Positions 28,803 to 38,911 of a DNA stretch of 64,000 nt are shown here, piece after piece (the stretch's first letter is position 1; every line of letters begins with the position of its first letter). This stretch comes from an uncultured Bacteroidota bacterium (GTDB lineage: Bacteria; Bacteroidota; Bacteroidia; Flavobacteriales_D; Sanyastnellaceae), in the NCBI GenBank assembly GCA_903932685.1, contig CAIZGX010000058.1:634-64633 (forward strand). Direction: 5' to 3'. The notes under the pieces are model-generated. The model was not told the DNA's origin, did no database searches, and saw nothing but the letters and a program-made list of their open reading frames with translations. Made by a program: the position numbers and the translations under genes.

Positions 28803-30899
28803 ATGAGGTATTTCAACGAGCAACTGGTAACAGATCTTGAGTTTCAAGAGATTCGCAATGTGCTGTCTTCGTTCGCGAAGCAGCCCACTGCTGCTGCTGC
28901 ATTGTTGGAACTTTCGCCTTATGGAAATTTCGATTTGTGGAAATGGACCCTTGAGATCACACATGAACTCAAGACCCTTTTGCAAAACGACATTGCTATT
29001 CCGGCTTTGGATTTCAAAGAGTTCGGTGAAGAGTTGAAATTGCTTCGAGTGAAAGATGCGGTGCTGGCGGAAGAGAGCTTCGCTAAAATTCTTCAGGGTA
29101 TTCGCATTATTGGTTTGTTGAAGAACATTCCTGAAGAAGTGCGCTTATCGGTTCCGTGCTTGAACGAATTGATTCAAACCTGCGAATACACCGATGAGAT
29201 AGAGATTGAAATCTTGAAAATCTTCGATGCGAAGTGGTTGGTGCGCGACGAAGCGTCTCATGAACTTTCTGTTATTAGACACGAAATTGTTGCCACCCGA
29301 AGGGAAATCTCTAAGAACTTTTTGAGAGTCATGAAAGACTGTCAAGGCAAAGGATTCTTGGGAGATACCGGAGAAGCTTATTTGTTAGACCGAAGAGTAT
29401 TGAGCGTGTTGAGTGTATACAAGCGAAAGGTGCCCGGGAATGTCTTGGGGACGAGCAAGACGGGAGTTTTAACATACATAGAGCCGGGAGTGAATACACT
29501 TTTGAATTCACAAATGGAAATGCTTTTCGGCGATGAACGCGCTGAAATTCGGAAGATTCTTCAACGACTCACACGTTACTTATCCGGACACGCAGTTATG
29601 TTGAAGTCGGTATTGGATACCCTTCTTCAACTCGATAATATTCAGGCACGTGTGCGCTTGGCTGTGCTCATGAGTGCTCAGAAGGTTCAGTTTGTTTCAG
29701 AGCCAACTGTGAAACTCAACAAAGCTTTTCATCCGCTCTTGCTTTTGAAAAATGCAGAGCGAGGAAAAAAGACTATTCCGCAATCGTTGGAACTAAACAG
29801 TGAGCAGCGCATGATGGTTATCTCCGGTCCGAATGCAGGAGGAAAAAGTATAACGTTGAAGACAGTTGGACTTATACAACTTATGTGGGAATGCGCATTG
29901 CTTGTGCCTGCTGAAGAGTCGAGTGTGTTAAGTCGATTCGATTGCATACTCACCGACATTGGCGACAATCAGAGTATAGAGAATCAGCTGTCAACGTATT
30001 CGTATCGGTTGAAGCGCATGAAGTTTTTCTTGGATTCAGCGAATAGAAGATCACTGATTTTGTTAGATGAATTTGGAACGGGATCAGACCCGGAATTGGG
30101 TGGCGCCTTGGCCGAAGTTTTTTTCGAAGAGTTATATGCGCGAAAATCGTTTGGAGTGATAACCACGCACTTTTCCCCCATTAAAATTAAAGCTTCGCAA
30201 TTGCGTAATGCGGTGAATGGATGTATGCTTTTCAATACAGCAACTTTGGAGCCGACATACATCCTCAGTGTTGGCGAACCGGGCTCTTCGTTCACTTTCG
30301 AAGTGGCGAAGATGAATGGAATTCCGGAAGATTTATTGGATCGTGCGAAGAAGAAATTAAGCAAGCAGAAAATTGAAATGGATAGTTTGCTTTCCGATTT
30401 ACAACGACAGAAATCTGAGTTGGAGACGGGTATATCGGCCGCCAGAAAACAAGAGGCGAGCGCAAGAAAAGAGGAGCAAACTTTTCAATCTAAATTGGAA
30501 AAACTTCAAGATAAATTAGACAAGCAGCAAGTGACTTCCGAAAGAAATAACAAGTATATTATTTTAGGAAAGAAGGCAGATCAACTGGTAGAGAAATTCA
30601 ATCTTCGCGCGAAGAATAAAGATGTACTAGAAGAGCTAAAGAAATTTGTTGCGGTGGAAAAGACAGAGCGCGAAGAATCTCGAAAAAAGAAGAGGGTTCT
30701 TACAGAATCTAAAGTTAAGACTGCGACCAAAGAAAAGGTTATTCAAGATCGAAAGAAAATGATTGCGGGAGCTACTGTTCGATTGGAAAAGACGCAACAG
30801 ATAGGTGAAATTCTCGAAGTCATTGGCGAAACAGCTACGGTAGCTTTCGGAGTGTTTAAGACAAAAGTTGAATTAGGAAAACTTCTCTTAATCCGTTAG
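28803..30899 (+). CDS. mutS2: MutS2 family ATPase lacking a C-terminal Smr domain
   Basis: DLEF N-terminus, ISGPNAGGKS, DIGDNQSIENQLSTYS, LLDEFGTGSDP, TTH; ends in a KOW-like segment. Confidence 0.9.
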   Translation: MRYFNEQLVTDLEFQEIRNVLSSFAKQPTAAAALLELSPYGNFDLWKWTLEITHELKTLLQNDIAIPALDFKEFGEELKLLRVKDAVLAEESFAKILQGIRIIGLLKNIPEEVRLSVPCLNELIQTCEYTDEIEIEILKIFDAKWLVRDEASHELSVIRHEIVATRREISKNFLRVMKDCQGKGFLGDTGEAYLLDRRVLSVLSVYKRKVPGNVLGTSKTGVLTYIEPGVNTLLNSQMEMLFGDERAEIRKILQRLTRYLSGHAVMLKSVLDTLLQLDNIQARVRLAVLMSAQKVQFVSEPTVKLNKAFHPLLLLKNAERGKKTIPQSLELNSEQRMMVISGPNAGGKSITLKTVGLIQLMWECALLVPAEESSVLSRFDCILTDIGDNQSIENQLSTYSYRLKRMKFFLDSANRRSLILLDEFGTGSDPELGGALAEVFFEELYARKSFGVITTHFSPIKIKASQLRNAVNGCMLFNTATLEPTYILSVGEPGSSFTFEVAKMNGIPEDLLDRAKKKLSKQKIEMDSLLSDLQRQKSELETGISAARKQEASARKEEQTFQSKLEKLQDKLDKQQVTSERNNKYIILGKKADQLVEKFNLRAKNKDVLEELKKFVAVEKTEREESRKKKRVLTESKVKTATKEKVIQDRKKMIAGATVRLEKTQQIGEILEVIGETATVAFGVFKTKVELGKLLLIR

Positions 30900-32308
30900 T
30901 TCTTCGGAGTAAGGTTTAGGGCTTTTCCAAGCTCAATCATGTGAGCGAAAGCTTCTTCGAAATTATTCTGAATCTTTCCGTCGAGAATAGCGTCTTTAAT
31001 TGCATTTTTTATTTCGCCAACCTCTTTACAAGGTGTTAAATTGAAGGTTTCCATGACTAGTTCACCGCTGATAGGGGGTTGGAAATTTCGAACACGATCC
31101 TTCTCTTCAAGCTCTACCAATTTCAACTTTACCTTTTCGTAATTCGCTAAATAGCGTTTCACTTTCGTTTCGTTTTTCGAGGTAATGTCTGCTTGACAAA
31201 GCAACATCAAATCATCAATATCATCGCCCGCCTCAAATAACAATCTGCGAACCGCCGAATCTGAAATCTCATCTTTCGTTAGCGCAATTGGCCTAAGGTG
31301 AAGAGCCACTAGTTTTTGCACAAACTTCATTTGATGATCCAACGGAAGCTTTAAGCGCTGGAAAATCTTCGGCACCCATCGCGCTCCAATATCTTCGTGA
31401 CCATGAAAGGTCCAGCCAATGCCGTCTTCAAATCTTTTCGTATGTGGCTTAGCAATATCGTGCAGCACTGCTCCCCAAAGCAACCAAAGGTTGTTTGTAT
31501 TCGCGCGCAGATTGTCGACCACTTCTAGCGTGTGATAAAAATTGTCTTTATGAGCGTAGTTGTTTTTCTTCTCAACACCATGAAGCTTCACCATTTCGGG
31601 AAAGAACTGGTGAAGCAAATCTGTATCGAAGAGAAGCTTTAATCCCACCGAAGGCTTTTTGGAAAGAAGAATCTTGTTGAATTCAACCATGGTTCTTTCA
31701 ACACTTACTATTTCCAGTCTTGCAGCATTTTCTTTAATTGCCTGAAGACTTCTTTCTTCAATGGTGAAGTTAAGTTGAGCAGCAAAACGAATGGCGCGCA
31801 TCATGCGCAATGGATCGTCGCTGTAGGTTATGGCGGGTTCTAAAGGTGTGCGGAGAATTTTATTTTCTAAATCCAATAGCCCATTAAACGGATCAACAAG
31901 TTCTCCGAAGTTCTCTTCTTGCAGTGAGAGTGCCATAGCATTCACGGTGAAGTCTCTGCGCATTTGGTCGTCTTCTAAACTTCCCTTTTCAACATCGGGT
32001 TTTCTGCTTGCTGCACGATAGGATTCTTTTCGGGCAGAAACGAATTCTACCTCGCTTCCTTTGTACACGAAATGTGCGGTTCCGAAGTTTGCAAAGATTG
32101 ACACGCGCTTCACGTTAAGTAGTTCAGCCGTTCTATTAGCTAATGCAGGCCCGTCGCCACTGGTAACAATGTCAATATCTTTATTGAGCCTCTTCAACAT
32201 AAGATCTCTGACGTATCCGCCAATAACAAATGCTTCAGCATGCTGCTCAGAGGCCGCTTGTTGAACGGCTCGAAAGACTGTTTTTTTTAGATGACGACTA
32301 AAGTTCAT
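30896..32308 (-). CDS. cca: CCA-adding tRNA nucleotidyltransferase with HD domain
   Basis: GGYVRD, DIDI, RRDFTVNA, DDPLRMMRAIRF, LHDIAK; TACCTTTG box supports the MNFSRH start. Confidence 0.9.
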   Translation of the reverse strand: MNFSRHLKKTVFRAVQQAASEQHAEAFVIGGYVRDLMLKRLNKDIDIVTSGDGPALANRTAELLNVKRVSIFANFGTAHFVYKGSEVEFVSARKESYRAASRKPDVEKGSLEDDQMRRDFTVNAMALSLQEENFGELVDPFNGLLDLENKILRTPLEPAITYSDDPLRMMRAIRFAAQLNFTIEERSLQAIKENAARLEIVSVERTMVEFNKILLSKKPSVGLKLLFDTDLLHQFFPEMVKLHGVEKKNNYAHKDNFYHTLEVVDNLRANTNNLWLLWGAVLHDIAKPHTKRFEDGIGWTFHGHEDIGARWVPKIFQRLKLPLDHQMKFVQKLVALHLRPIALTKDEISDSAVRRLLFEAGDDIDDLMLLCQADITSKNETKVKRYLANYEKVKLKLVELEEKDRVRNFQPPISGELVMETFNLTPCKEVGEIKNAIKDAILDGKIQNNFEEAFAHMIELGKALNLTPKN

Positions 32309-32436
32309 TTGCGGCGCAAAGGTACTTTTCAAAACTAGGAATCAGAAATATTTGTTTTGGAGGTTAAAAACGACTGGAAGAGCAACTTCTTGAAGCTTAT
32401 TTCAGTCATATATTGCGTACGCTAAACCATAATAAA

Positions 32437-32826
32437 ATGAAAAAAGTCCTAGCCTTATTCTTGTTTGTGTTTTTTTGCGGCGCCTGTGTTTATGCACAGA
32501 ATGCCCAAGTTACTTTTGGATCAACCACAAATTTCTCAATTGTTGAAGATGGATTTCATCCAGTGAAATTCCAGTTGACTGAAGGATCCAATGCAAACGT
32601 AGAAGGACTTTTGCAATATGTTCAGAACAATCCTAAATACTTCAAGGTGCAAGTTGATGGAAACGAACTGACTTTAAATTTTGTAGAGGGTGTGCACTGG
32701 GGTGTTTGGATGAAAGTCTTCGGAGCCATGGAGGTTTCGCAAATTGAAATTCGGGAAGCCAATCAGAATATAGTTGTTGATCCTCGTGGTTTTTTGGATC
32801 ACTTCAATTTATTGACAACTCACTAA
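32437..32826 (+). CDS. Hypothetical exported protein
   Basis: Signal peptide MKKVLALFLFVFFCGACVYAQ. Confidence 0.7.
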   Translation: MKKVLALFLFVFFCGACVYAQNAQVTFGSTTNFSIVEDGFHPVKFQLTEGSNANVEGLLQYVQNNPKYFKVQVDGNELTLNFVEGVHWGVWMKVFGAMEVSQIEIREANQNIVVDPRGFLDHFNLLTTH

Positions 32827-33761
32827 GCCGAAGCGCGTTTCAACTTGTCGTTGATTGCGCGACCTAGATTTTCATCGGGAAGAAATTCCGCAAGGATAAC
32901 ATCGATATTCATCTGGTCGAGTTCTCTCAGGTATGCGAAGAGATTCGAAGCTGCTTCTGTGAAATTCCCCGTTCGACTTAATATGCGTTGCGATTCAACC
33001 TTAAAATCTTCCTTGAAACTAAGCACACCAATTTTCTGTGATGAGAAGGAATGCATCAGTTCGCGAATGTTTCCAACATAAATAGGTTTTCTAGGAGCGT
33101 AATGACTTGAGAGCATTCCTGGCGAAGCGGGCGAGCTAGATGAATGTTGTTGAATGTGAATGTTGGAAGTGAAACGTTGAAGGTCTTCCACCGAGATTCC
33201 ACCTAAACGAAGAATTTCTAACTCGTTGTGTTGAACTCGCAAAACAGTCGATTCAATTCCCACAGCACATTTCCCGCCGTTGAGTATGTAAGAAATTTTT
33301 TCGCCAAGTTGGTCTTCCACATGCTCGGCACTTGTAGGGCTGATGTATCCGAAAGGATTCGCACTAGGCGCTGCCAGCGGAAAGGGAAGACTTTTTAAAA
33401 GTTCAAGCGTAATCGGATGATTCGGAATTCGAATTCCAACTTCCTGCAATCCGGAAGTGGTTAAGTCCGGAATGCATGTTTTTTTTGGAAGTAGCACCGT
33501 TAATGGACCTGGCCAAAAGTTTTCCATCAGATTGAACGCCAATTCAGGAATTTCTTCCACATATAATTCAACATCGGATACTTGTCCAACATGAACAATT
33601 AAGGGATCGAAATGCGGCCTATTCTTCGCCTCGAAAATCTTTGAAACCGCCATTTCACTCAAGGCGTTTCCAGCCAAACCATAGACAGTTTCCGTGGGAA
33701 TAGCAACCACTTCATTTTGAAGAAGAAAATCTCGAGCTATTTTTATTTCATTGCCAATCAT
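32823..33761 (-). CDS. sua5: L-threonylcarbamoyladenylate synthase (Sua5-type)
   Basis: VAIPTETVYGL, KNRP..DPLIVH, WPGPLT, APSAN, GIEST, SPGMLSSHYAP. Confidence 0.95.
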   Translation of the reverse strand: MIGNEIKIARDFLLQNEVVAIPTETVYGLAGNALSEMAVSKIFEAKNRPHFDPLIVHVGQVSDVELYVEEIPELAFNLMENFWPGPLTVLLPKKTCIPDLTTSGLQEVGIRIPNHPITLELLKSLPFPLAAPSANPFGYISPTSAEHVEDQLGEKISYILNGGKCAVGIESTVLRVQHNELEILRLGGISVEDLQRFTSNIHIQQHSSSSPASPGMLSSHYAPRKPIYVGNIRELMHSFSSQKIGVLSFKEDFKVESQRILSRTGNFTEAASNLFAYLRELDQMNIDVILAEFLPDENLGRAINDKLKRASA

Positions 33762-33807
33762 GAATTGCAAAAGTAGGGAATTCAATTTTCTCCTATATTT
33801 GCATCCG

Positions 33808-34347
33808 ATGGCAAAAAAAATCACCTTGATCAATGGCGGACTGCTGAATATGATCATTCAAAGGTTGTGTCGTCAATTAATCGAAAATCACAAGGACTTT
33901 TCTTCAACCATACTTATCGGACTTCAGCCGCGGGGCGTGTTTTTTTCTGAGCGAATTGTTGAGGAGTTAGCAAAATCGGGACACCAAGTGAAATGGGGAA
34001 TTGTAGACCCAACTTTTTATCGCGACGATTTTAGAATTCACGACAAGCCCCTCCTAGCCAAGTCTACAGATATGAAGCACAGTGTTGAAGGAATGAATGT
34101 GGTTTTAATCGACGATGTGTTATTTACAGGTAGAACTATTCGAGCGGGTATGGAAGGACTTATGGAGTACGGAAGACCCAAATCAGTCGAATTGTTGGTG
34201 CTCATAGACCGAAAGAAGGGAAGAGAAGTGCCTATTGAAGCCACTTATATCGGAAAAGAAGTAGAGAGTTTCGACAATCAACGTGTAAGAGTTATGTGGA
34301 AGAGTGAAGGGGAAAAGGAAGATCATGTAATTTTTTTGAACGACTAA
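33808..34347 (+). CDS. pyrR: PyrR / uracil phosphoribosyltransferase
   Basis: TFYRDD, VLIDDVLFTGRTIRA, GRP, immediately upstream of pyrB. Confidence 0.92.
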   Translation: MAKKITLINGGLLNMIIQRLCRQLIENHKDFSSTILIGLQPRGVFFSERIVEELAKSGHQVKWGIVDPTFYRDDFRIHDKPLLAKSTDMKHSVEGMNVVLIDDVLFTGRTIRAGMEGLMEYGRPKSVELLVLIDRKKGREVPIEATYIGKEVESFDNQRVRVMWKSEGEKEDHVIFLND

Positions 34348-34348
34348 C

Positions 34349-35287
34349 ATGAAGCTAAGCACCAAACACCTCATTGCCATTGAGCCGCTGAAAAAAGCGG
34401 ACATTGACTTGATTTTTTCGCAAGCCGACGAGTTCAAAGAAGTGTTAAACAGACCCATTAAGAAGGTTCCTTCTTTAAGAGACATTACAGTAGCCAATTT
34501 GTTTTTTGAAAATTCAACCCGCACACGTTTGAGTTTTGAGTTGGCCGAGAAAAGACTCGGTGCAGATGTGGTTAATTTTTCCGCATCAACATCTTCAGTG
34601 AAGAAAGGAGAAACCCTAATCGACACGGTCAACAATATCCTGGCTATGAAAGTAGACATGGTGGTTATGCGTCACGCTTCGCCTGGTGCTTGCCAATTTT
34701 TATCGGAAAGAACGAATGCGGTAGTTGTTAATGCAGGAGACGGTACTCACGAGCACCCAACACAGGGATTGCTCGACGCCTTTTCAATCAGAGAAAAATT
34801 AGGGAAGGTCGAAGGGAAAAAAGTAGTTATTGTTGGAGACATTACCCACAGCAGGGTAGCCCTTAGTAATATTTATTGTTTACAGAAATTAGGCGCAGAA
34901 GTAATGGTATGTGGTCCAACCACATTAATTCCGAAACACATCGAATCCTTAGGAGTAAAGGTAGAGCACAATCTTCAGCGCGCCCTTGAATGGTGCGATG
35001 TAGCGAACATGCTGCGCATTCAATTGGAAAGACAAGATGCAGGAATCCCATATTTCCCAAGTCTTCGCGAGTATACTGACTTGTTCGGCTTGACACAAGA
35101 TCGTTTGAATTCTCTTGGAAAAGAAATCGTTATCATGCACCCAGGACCGATTAACCGCGGAGTTGAAATTTCGAGTGAAGTTGCCGACGGCCGAAACAGC
35201 ATTATTTTGAATCAAGTTGAAAACGGAGTTGCTATTCGAATGGCAACGATTTTCCTTCTCGCGCAAGGAATAAAAAGAGTGAGCTAA
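34349..35287 (+). CDS. pyrB: Aspartate carbamoyltransferase catalytic subunit
   Basis: FFENSTRTRLSF, HEHPTQ, HSRVA, MHPGPINRG. Confidence 0.98.
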   Translation: MKLSTKHLIAIEPLKKADIDLIFSQADEFKEVLNRPIKKVPSLRDITVANLFFENSTRTRLSFELAEKRLGADVVNFSASTSSVKKGETLIDTVNNILAMKVDMVVMRHASPGACQFLSERTNAVVVNAGDGTHEHPTQGLLDAFSIREKLGKVEGKKVVIVGDITHSRVALSNIYCLQKLGAEVMVCGPTTLIPKHIESLGVKVEHNLQRALEWCDVANMLRIQLERQDAGIPYFPSLREYTDLFGLTQDRLNSLGKEIVIMHPGPINRGVEISSEVADGRNSIILNQVENGVAIRMATIFLLAQGIKRVS

Positions 35288-35354
35288 TACGTCAATTATT
35301 TTTTTTTTGTTTTTCTTCCCATAAAATTGGCTAATTTTGAGAAAATAGTATTTT

Positions 35355-35717
35355 ATGAATTTCGTTTCTGATCAAAAAGAAAAGTTAGTGTATATCACCT
35401 CGAACGTAGAGAAGCTCGATGCCATTTATGCACCAGAGCTTAAATCGGAGTTGGTCCTTCAAAATCGAAACACTCAACGCAACATTATTGTTGATCTTTC
35501 TGCAACGAAATACATTGACTCTTCTGGATTGTCTGCATTACTTGTTGGTCAGCGCTTGTGTCGCGAGGCAATTGGCACATTCGTAGTATGCGGACTACAA
35601 GAAACGGTCAAGAAATTAATTTCCATATCTCAGTTGGACTCTGTATTTAAAATTACGCCAACGTTAAGCGAGGCCATTGATTTGGTATACATGGAAGAAG
35701 TTGAACGTGAAATCTAA
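35355..35717 (+). CDS. STAS domain anti-sigma factor antagonist
   Basis: IIVDLSATKYIDSSGLSALL motif. Confidence 0.92.
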   Translation: MNFVSDQKEKLVYITSNVEKLDAIYAPELKSELVLQNRNTQRNIIVDLSATKYIDSSGLSALLVGQRLCREAIGTFVVCGLQETVKKLISISQLDSVFKITPTLSEAIDLVYMEEVEREI

Positions 35718-35726
35718 ACCCTCAAT

Positions 35727-36527
35727 ATGAAAAAACAATTACTTACTCTTTTAGCTTTCGCAGCTCTTTCATTGCCTGCAGCTGCGCAATGTAATTCCGC
35801 CGACTATGATTGGGCTGGACAAACTTTCGGTGTTAGCCCAAATCCAGCTTTGGGAGAAAACTTCGCTCCAGGTCTTCAAGGTCAGCCTTATGCGGATGTT
35901 CTTTACGTAAGAACTCCAACAACTGCAGCTGATATTGATCCTACCTATCCAGCGTTGATTAGCATTAACTCCATTCATTTAGATGCTGTGTTTTACGGAA
36001 TCGTTTCTGCTGTTGATACAACCTGGGCAGATCTTGCAGGTCTAGGTTTGTCAATCTCTTGTAACAACAACGGTGAAAATGCAGATCCTTGCATGTTCGA
36101 CGCAGGTGCGGGATATTGCGGAGACATCGCAGGTACACCGAACCAAACAGGTATTTTCCCGGTGAAGATTGTAGTTACTGCAAACTTGCTTCTGTTAGGA
36201 GATGTTCCCTACGAGTTTACTGGTTATACCCTCGACTTTTCTGGAAACAGCGTAACTGAAGGTGTTACTTTCAACGATGTTGTTAAGGTTTCTCCAAACC
36301 CGGCAAACGAATTCACTTTGGTTACCTTCCCAATGGGAACGAATGACCAAGCTGAAGTTTCTGTATACAACACCATGGGTCAATTGGTATTCTCTGAGAA
36401 AACTATGACTACGCCTGGTGCTAACACTTATCGTTTAAACACTTCGAACTTTCCAGTAGGAAACTACGTGGCTCGTTTGGTTTCAGGAAAGAATGTTGCA
36501 GAGAAGTTGATTCAAGTTCAACACTAA
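35727..36527 (+). CDS. Secreted protein with T9SS type-A sorting domain
   Basis: Signal peptide; C-terminal VSPNPAN...VYNTMGQLV...GNYVARL. Confidence 0.88.
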   Translation: MKKQLLTLLAFAALSLPAAAQCNSADYDWAGQTFGVSPNPALGENFAPGLQGQPYADVLYVRTPTTAADIDPTYPALISINSIHLDAVFYGIVSAVDTTWADLAGLGLSISCNNNGENADPCMFDAGAGYCGDIAGTPNQTGIFPVKIVVTANLLLLGDVPYEFTGYTLDFSGNSVTEGVTFNDVVKVSPNPANEFTLVTFPMGTNDQAEVSVYNTMGQLVFSEKTMTTPGANTYRLNTSNFPVGNYVARLVSGKNVAEKLIQVQH

Positions 36528-36548
36528 TACGAATTATTCACGACCTTT

Positions 36549-36586
36549 GAAGCCGTCTCGTGTTGAACGAGGCGGCTTTCTTTTTT
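36549..36586 (+). terminator. Probable intrinsic terminator directly before rnz
   Basis: AAGCCGTCTCG-tgttgaa-CGAGGCGGCTT followed by TCTTTTTT. Confidence 0.65.
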
Positions 36587-37495
36587 ATGCTTTTTCAAGT
36601 TACCATACTCGGATGTGGCGCTGCAACGCCAACCTCGCGCCACAAACCAACGGCGCAGGTGGTGAATGTCCACGACAAGTATTTTCTTATTGATTGTGGG
36701 GAAGGAACCCAAATGCAATTACGGAAGTATAAGGTGAAGATGCAACGTATTCAAGCCATCTTCATTTCACATCTTCATGGCGATCATTTCTTCGGACTTA
36801 TTGGCTTGTTGAGCACTTATAATTTATTAGGAAGGAAAACCCCATTGACGATATACGGTCCTCCAGGATTGGAAGATGTAATTCGACTTCAATTCAAAGT
36901 TTCGGAATCATATTTCGACTACGAATTGGTTTTTGAGGAAACCCAAGACAAAGAGAAACAACTCATTTTTGAAGACGATACCGTTCGTGTTTTTTCTTTT
37001 CCATTGAAACACCGCGTGCCTTGTACCGGATTCGTTTTTGAGGAAAAAGAACGAAAGCTGAACATAGAAAAGTGGGCGATTGTTGAATACAAACTTCAGC
37101 CTTCAGAAATTTTGTTGTTGAAGAAGGGAATCGATGTGGAACGGGAAAATGAAGTCATTCCATTTGGAAAAGTAACTAGCCCTTCAGCGCCCATTCGCAG
37201 ATATGCCTATTGTTCAGACACGGCTTACGACGAACGCATAGTTCCGAATATTCAGAATTCAGATATGGTTTATCATGAAACCACATTCTTACAAGAGGAT
37301 TTAGAGCGAGCCAAGAAGACCTTTCATTCTACCACCATTCAAGCGGCTACAATAGCGAAAATGTCGGGTGCGAAGAAGTTGGTAGTCGGACACTACAGCA
37401 GCAGATACAGCGACGATGAGCTTTTTAAAACAGAGGCCATGACTGTATTTCCGAATACCGAAATAGCCAACGAGGGAGTTATTTTCGATCTTTAA
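36587..37495 (+). CDS. rnz: Ribonuclease Z
   Basis: ILGCGAATP, DCGEGTQ, SHLHGDH, YCSDT, HETTF, HYSSRY. Confidence 0.95.
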   Translation: MLFQVTILGCGAATPTSRHKPTAQVVNVHDKYFLIDCGEGTQMQLRKYKVKMQRIQAIFISHLHGDHFFGLIGLLSTYNLLGRKTPLTIYGPPGLEDVIRLQFKVSESYFDYELVFEETQDKEKQLIFEDDTVRVFSFPLKHRVPCTGFVFEEKERKLNIEKWAIVEYKLQPSEILLLKKGIDVERENEVIPFGKVTSPSAPIRRYAYCSDTAYDERIVPNIQNSDMVYHETTFLQEDLERAKKTFHSTTIQAATIAKMSGAKKLVVGHYSSRYSDDELFKTEAMTVFPNTEIANEGVIFDL

Positions 37496-37547
37496 AAATC
37501 TTTTCTGCGAGTGAGTGTATTTGGTACACTTTCTATATCTTGCAGGT

Positions 37548-38879
37548 ATGAATAAGCAACGATTAAGTTTTTGGCAAATCTGGAACATGAGCTTTGGGTT
37601 CATGGGAATTCAATTCGGTTGGGCGCTGCAGATGGCCAACATGAGTTCTATCTATGAATTCTTAGGAGCTAAATCTGGAGAAATCCCCTTGCTTTGGTTA
37701 GCTGCGCCGTTAACTGGATTCATCGTTCAGCCCATCATAGGCTACCTCAGTGATCGCACCTGGCATCCGAAATTCGGAAGAAGAAGACCTTATTTCATGA
37801 TAGGAGCTATCTTAAGTTCTATTGCTTTGGTACTCATGCCCAATTGCAGTGAATTGTGGATGGCTGCTGGATTGTTGTGGATTCTAGACTCTTCCATAAA
37901 TATTTCTATGGAGCCGTTCCGTGCCTTTGTCGCGGATAACCTTCCTGAAGAGCAACGCACCTTCGGATTTAGCATGCAATCTCTTTTTATAGGATTAGGG
38001 TCGGTGGTAGCGAGCGCTTTGCCATGGATCTTCACCAATTGGGTTGGAATGAAAGATGAAATTGGTCACGTCGGAATTCCATCGAATGTCAAATGGAGCT
38101 TTTACATTGGCGCAGCGGCATTTTTCTTTTTTGTGCTATATACGGTTATCACCTCAAAAGAGTATCCACCTGAAGAGAATAAAGCTGGAACTCCAGTTGA
38201 AAAAAAGAAGGGTGGACTGATGCACGGATTGAATGAAATATTCGATGCTATTTTGAATATGCCGAAACGGATGAAGCAATTGGCATTGGTGCAATTTCTA
38301 ACATGGCCTGGATTATTCTTAATGTGGTTTTATTACACCCCTGCAGTTGGTGTAGATATTTTTGGCGGAAGCGCCGATAGCACGGATCCGGCTATAAAGG
38401 AATTGTATAAGCAAGGAACTGAATTGGCAGGATTGACCTATTCCTTTCAAAATTTAATCACATTTTCATTTGCAATGCTTCTTCCGTTGTTGGTGAAACC
38501 GTTGGGACAGAAAATAACCCATCAATTGTGCTTGAGCATAGGTGGCGCGGGGCTAATAGCACTCTCGTTTATTCATGGTGCAGAGAATCAAATTTATTTG
38601 TTTGCGGTCATGGGTGCAGTTGGAATAGCCTGGGCGAGCATACTTTCAATGCCTTATGCCATGCTTGCAGATTGCTTGCCTTCAGACAAGATTGGAGTTT
38701 ACATGGGGATATTTAATTTCTTCATCGTTCTTCCCGAAATTATTGCGGCTCTGTCTTTCGGTTGGGTAATGGATACATTCCTCGATAACAATAGACTATT
38801 AGCCGTCTCAATTGGCGGAGGCCTGTTAATTTTAGCTGGAATTTTAACCATGCGCATTAGCGAGACGAAGAACTCTTAG
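37548..38879 (+). CDS. MFS sugar transporter (SLC45/MalT-like)
   Basis: IWNMSFGFMGIQFG, QPIIGYLSDRTW, GRRRPY, MEPFRA, YMGIFNFFIVLP. Confidence 0.9.
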   Translation: MNKQRLSFWQIWNMSFGFMGIQFGWALQMANMSSIYEFLGAKSGEIPLLWLAAPLTGFIVQPIIGYLSDRTWHPKFGRRRPYFMIGAILSSIALVLMPNCSELWMAAGLLWILDSSINISMEPFRAFVADNLPEEQRTFGFSMQSLFIGLGSVVASALPWIFTNWVGMKDEIGHVGIPSNVKWSFYIGAAAFFFFVLYTVITSKEYPPEENKAGTPVEKKKGGLMHGLNEIFDAILNMPKRMKQLALVQFLTWPGLFLMWFYYTPAVGVDIFGGSADSTDPAIKELYKQGTELAGLTYSFQNLITFSFAMLLPLLVKPLGQKITHQLCLSIGGAGLIALSFIHGAENQIYLFAVMGAVGIAWASILSMPYAMLADCLPSDKIGVYMGIFNFFIVLPEIIAALSFGWVMDTFLDNNRLLAVSIGGGLLILAGILTMRISETKNS

Positions 38880-38911
38880 AACTATCTTTGAAGTTCTAAT
38901 TCGAAACGATA

